From Eledone cirrhosa (Eukaryota), in the NCBI GenBank assembly GCA_964016885.1, contig OZ024741.1, forward strand, positions 319,362,001 to 319,426,000: a stretch of DNA of 64,000 nucleotides. The letters are read 5' to 3'. Below are positions 62,096 to 64,000 of the stretch, piece by piece. A program made the translations under genes and the position numbers. The notes under the pieces are model-generated. The model searched no databases. It was not told where the DNA came from and saw only the letters and a program-made list of their open reading frames with translations. Position 1 is the first letter of the stretch; each line of letters begins with the position of its first letter.

Positions 62096-62722
62096 AGATC
62101 TTTTAGAGTTAGCATTAGTATATATTTTTCCCGGGACTCAGAATTATTATGTCGTACAAGTTCACTTTGCTGCACTGGGTCGTTGCTGGCCCGGGATGGA
62201 AACCTTTATTGTTTATTTCGTGGTAGTCTCTTTAGTATTTTGGCCCCTTTTGTTGACCAGTCACCGTATCATTTACGTACTTATACCTCTTAAAAGGGTC
62301 CTTGCCTAATTCGTCCCACCTAGTTCTTTTACTTATTTCCTTATTTATTTATTTATTTATTTATTTACTTCTTTCTTTCTTTCTTTATTTTATTCTCGCC
62401 TAACAATAGCCTGACACCTAGGTCGTAGAATTTAATTTTTTCTTTACACTTATTTGCTTTTCTTCACTCTCAGTATTTTTTCTTTCCTATTTTTACCCCC
62501 CATTGTTCTACCTACCGTTCCGACTTCCTCCCCCTCCCCCTCCCCTGTATCTTCTTTGACCTCATGCCCAGCTGTAGCTGGCACTACCAACGCTTGATTG
62601 GGTCTACTCCACCCCCTCCCCTCTTTCTCCTACTGGCAGGTTTAGCCACCATCTCCCCTACTAATCTGCAACCACAGAATTACTACTGATTTTTGACAAT
62701 CACTTTGACCATATATGGAATT

Positions 62723-62816
62723 ACCCCTTGAGAAGATCGGCTATTTAAATACCAGGATAAATGTTCATTTAGTCCAGAATTAGCCGTCGAAACGGCTTGA
62801 GCTCAGCTGTCGGGGT
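62723..62816 (+). ncRNA. Hammerhead ribozyme, U3-A8 variant, in the inverted pLTR
   Basis: ACCCC TTGAGAA GATCGGCTATT..AATTAGCCGTC GAAA CGGC TTGAGCTCA GCTG TC GGGGT; predicted cleavage after 62811. Confidence 0.88.
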
Positions 62817-62826
62817 CTTACTGGTT

Positions 62827-62865
<39 letters not shown>

Positions 62866-62871
<6 letters not shown>

Positions 62872-63003
62872 GAAATGGCTTCTACAGGACTGTACCATTC
62901 GGAGGAAATCACCAGGAAGCCATTTTATATAACACGCTCATACAACTCTGCTATGTATTAAGTACCTTACTTACTGTAGTTACATCCGATTGAACCCGAG
63001 ATA

Positions 63004-63006
<3 letters not shown>
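62866..63006. mobile_element. Family B element, decayed hammerhead (62877-62921 minus) plus tail
   Basis: GGCTTC CTGGTGA ... CTG TA GAAGCC; tail matches 59105-59165. Confidence 0.7.
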
Positions 63007-63066
<60 letters not shown>

Positions 63067-63565
63067 CGGCTGCCCCCTCGTTATCGAGTATGGTCATTGT
63101 ACGATATACCATTATTAATTCTATCGTGCAATGCTTGTGCGTGAAGATATTTTTTAAAGTGAGGAAAGACTGTGCACTGGGCTAATCCCACTCTCTGAGC
63201 GACAGTAGCTATAACCCGAAAAGAAGAAAAGATCAACATCATCGGTAACTACTGAGCCGCAGGTTTTATATCTGAGTTATTCCAGTTTCCTGAGTTGCCT
63301 TCTCCTAGAAGAATGCCCTGACAAATGCTAGGGGTCCTTCACTCCCAGTGGTTTAACCGCGCGATCGGGTGTCCAGCCCGACTATTTCTATGTCCCCGCG
63401 CATTTACATACACATGCACCCATGTATATATACATATACATACATATGTACATGTGTATATACATATTTACACACTTTTGGATGGCCGTTGACTCTTATG
63501 AGTTCTCCGCCCTTTGTCAGGTTTTGTTTGGGTTACATGTTACCAGTAGCACTCAAGAGTGACCC

Positions 63566-63613
<48 letters not shown>

Positions 63614-63624
63614 CATATATACTG

Positions 63625-63890
63625 ACACACTGAGGCGAATGTTTCAGCTGTTCGATCAACGGAACAGCCTGCTCTTGAGATTAACATGCAAGTAGCTGAG
63701 CATTCCACAGACATGTAGACCTTAATTTAGTTCTTAAGAAGATTCGATGTGACAAGGCTGGCCCTTTGAATCGCAAGTACAACTCGTTTTTGCCAGCTGA
63801 GTAGACTGAGACAGTATGAAATATATTGTTTTGCTCCAGGTCAAATCGAACACATGACTTTACTGTCGTAAGCTGAACACATTAGCCTTT
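63625..63890 (-). mobile_element. SINE family 2, decayed
   Basis: Reverse-complement similarity to 42333-42640. Confidence 0.65.
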
Positions 63891-64000
63891 AACCCCATCC
63901 TTGTCTTCAGGAAGTAATATGATGTTGAGTGCTAGAAGTGAATTGCATCCATATATACCGAATATATATATATCAGAATGGAGGCGGTAAAAACCAGTCA

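Larger units (their letters stand above)
59230..62830 (-). mobile_element. Penelope-like retroelement copy 2: 5'-truncated ORF, ~1.1-kb 3' UTR, inverted pLTR, 80-bp tail, inserted in (TA)n
   Basis: About 738-bp near-identical inverted repeat 59309-60046 / 62093-62830 enclosing the ORF; (TA)n on both sides. Confidence 0.95.

Overview
AT-rich, microsatellite-saturated animal genomic DNA. The (TA)n/(CA)n/(TATG)n load and the tRNA-derived SINEs suggest a cephalopod such as octopus, which is an inference. There is one host gene, an intronless axonemal dynein intermediate chain (DNAI1-like, 4693-6543, minus strand). The rest is mobile-element material: two Penelope-like elements (PLEs; RT plus C-terminal GIY-YIG), a long RTE LINE, L1/Tx1, CRE and R4/Dong LINE fragments, a decayed mariner, Helitron pieces, MITEs, SINEs and a 492-bp tandem array. 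The main hidden signal is RNA. Reading both strands by eye gives about 14 complete and about 6 decayed type-I hammerhead ribozyme (HHR) motifs from at least 8 sequence-distinct families. Two families carry a compensatory U3-A8 core. Most motifs sit in short fold-back elements fused to (TA)n tracts. Downstream of the predicted cleavage site, otherwise unrelated families share a quasi-palindromic motif (YGAGTRCTY) and fixed end points, which suggests a common (TA)n-targeting, ribozyme-bearing retro-mobilisation system driven by the PLEs. All structures were folded by eye, so coordinates are approximate to a few bases and catalytic activity is untested.
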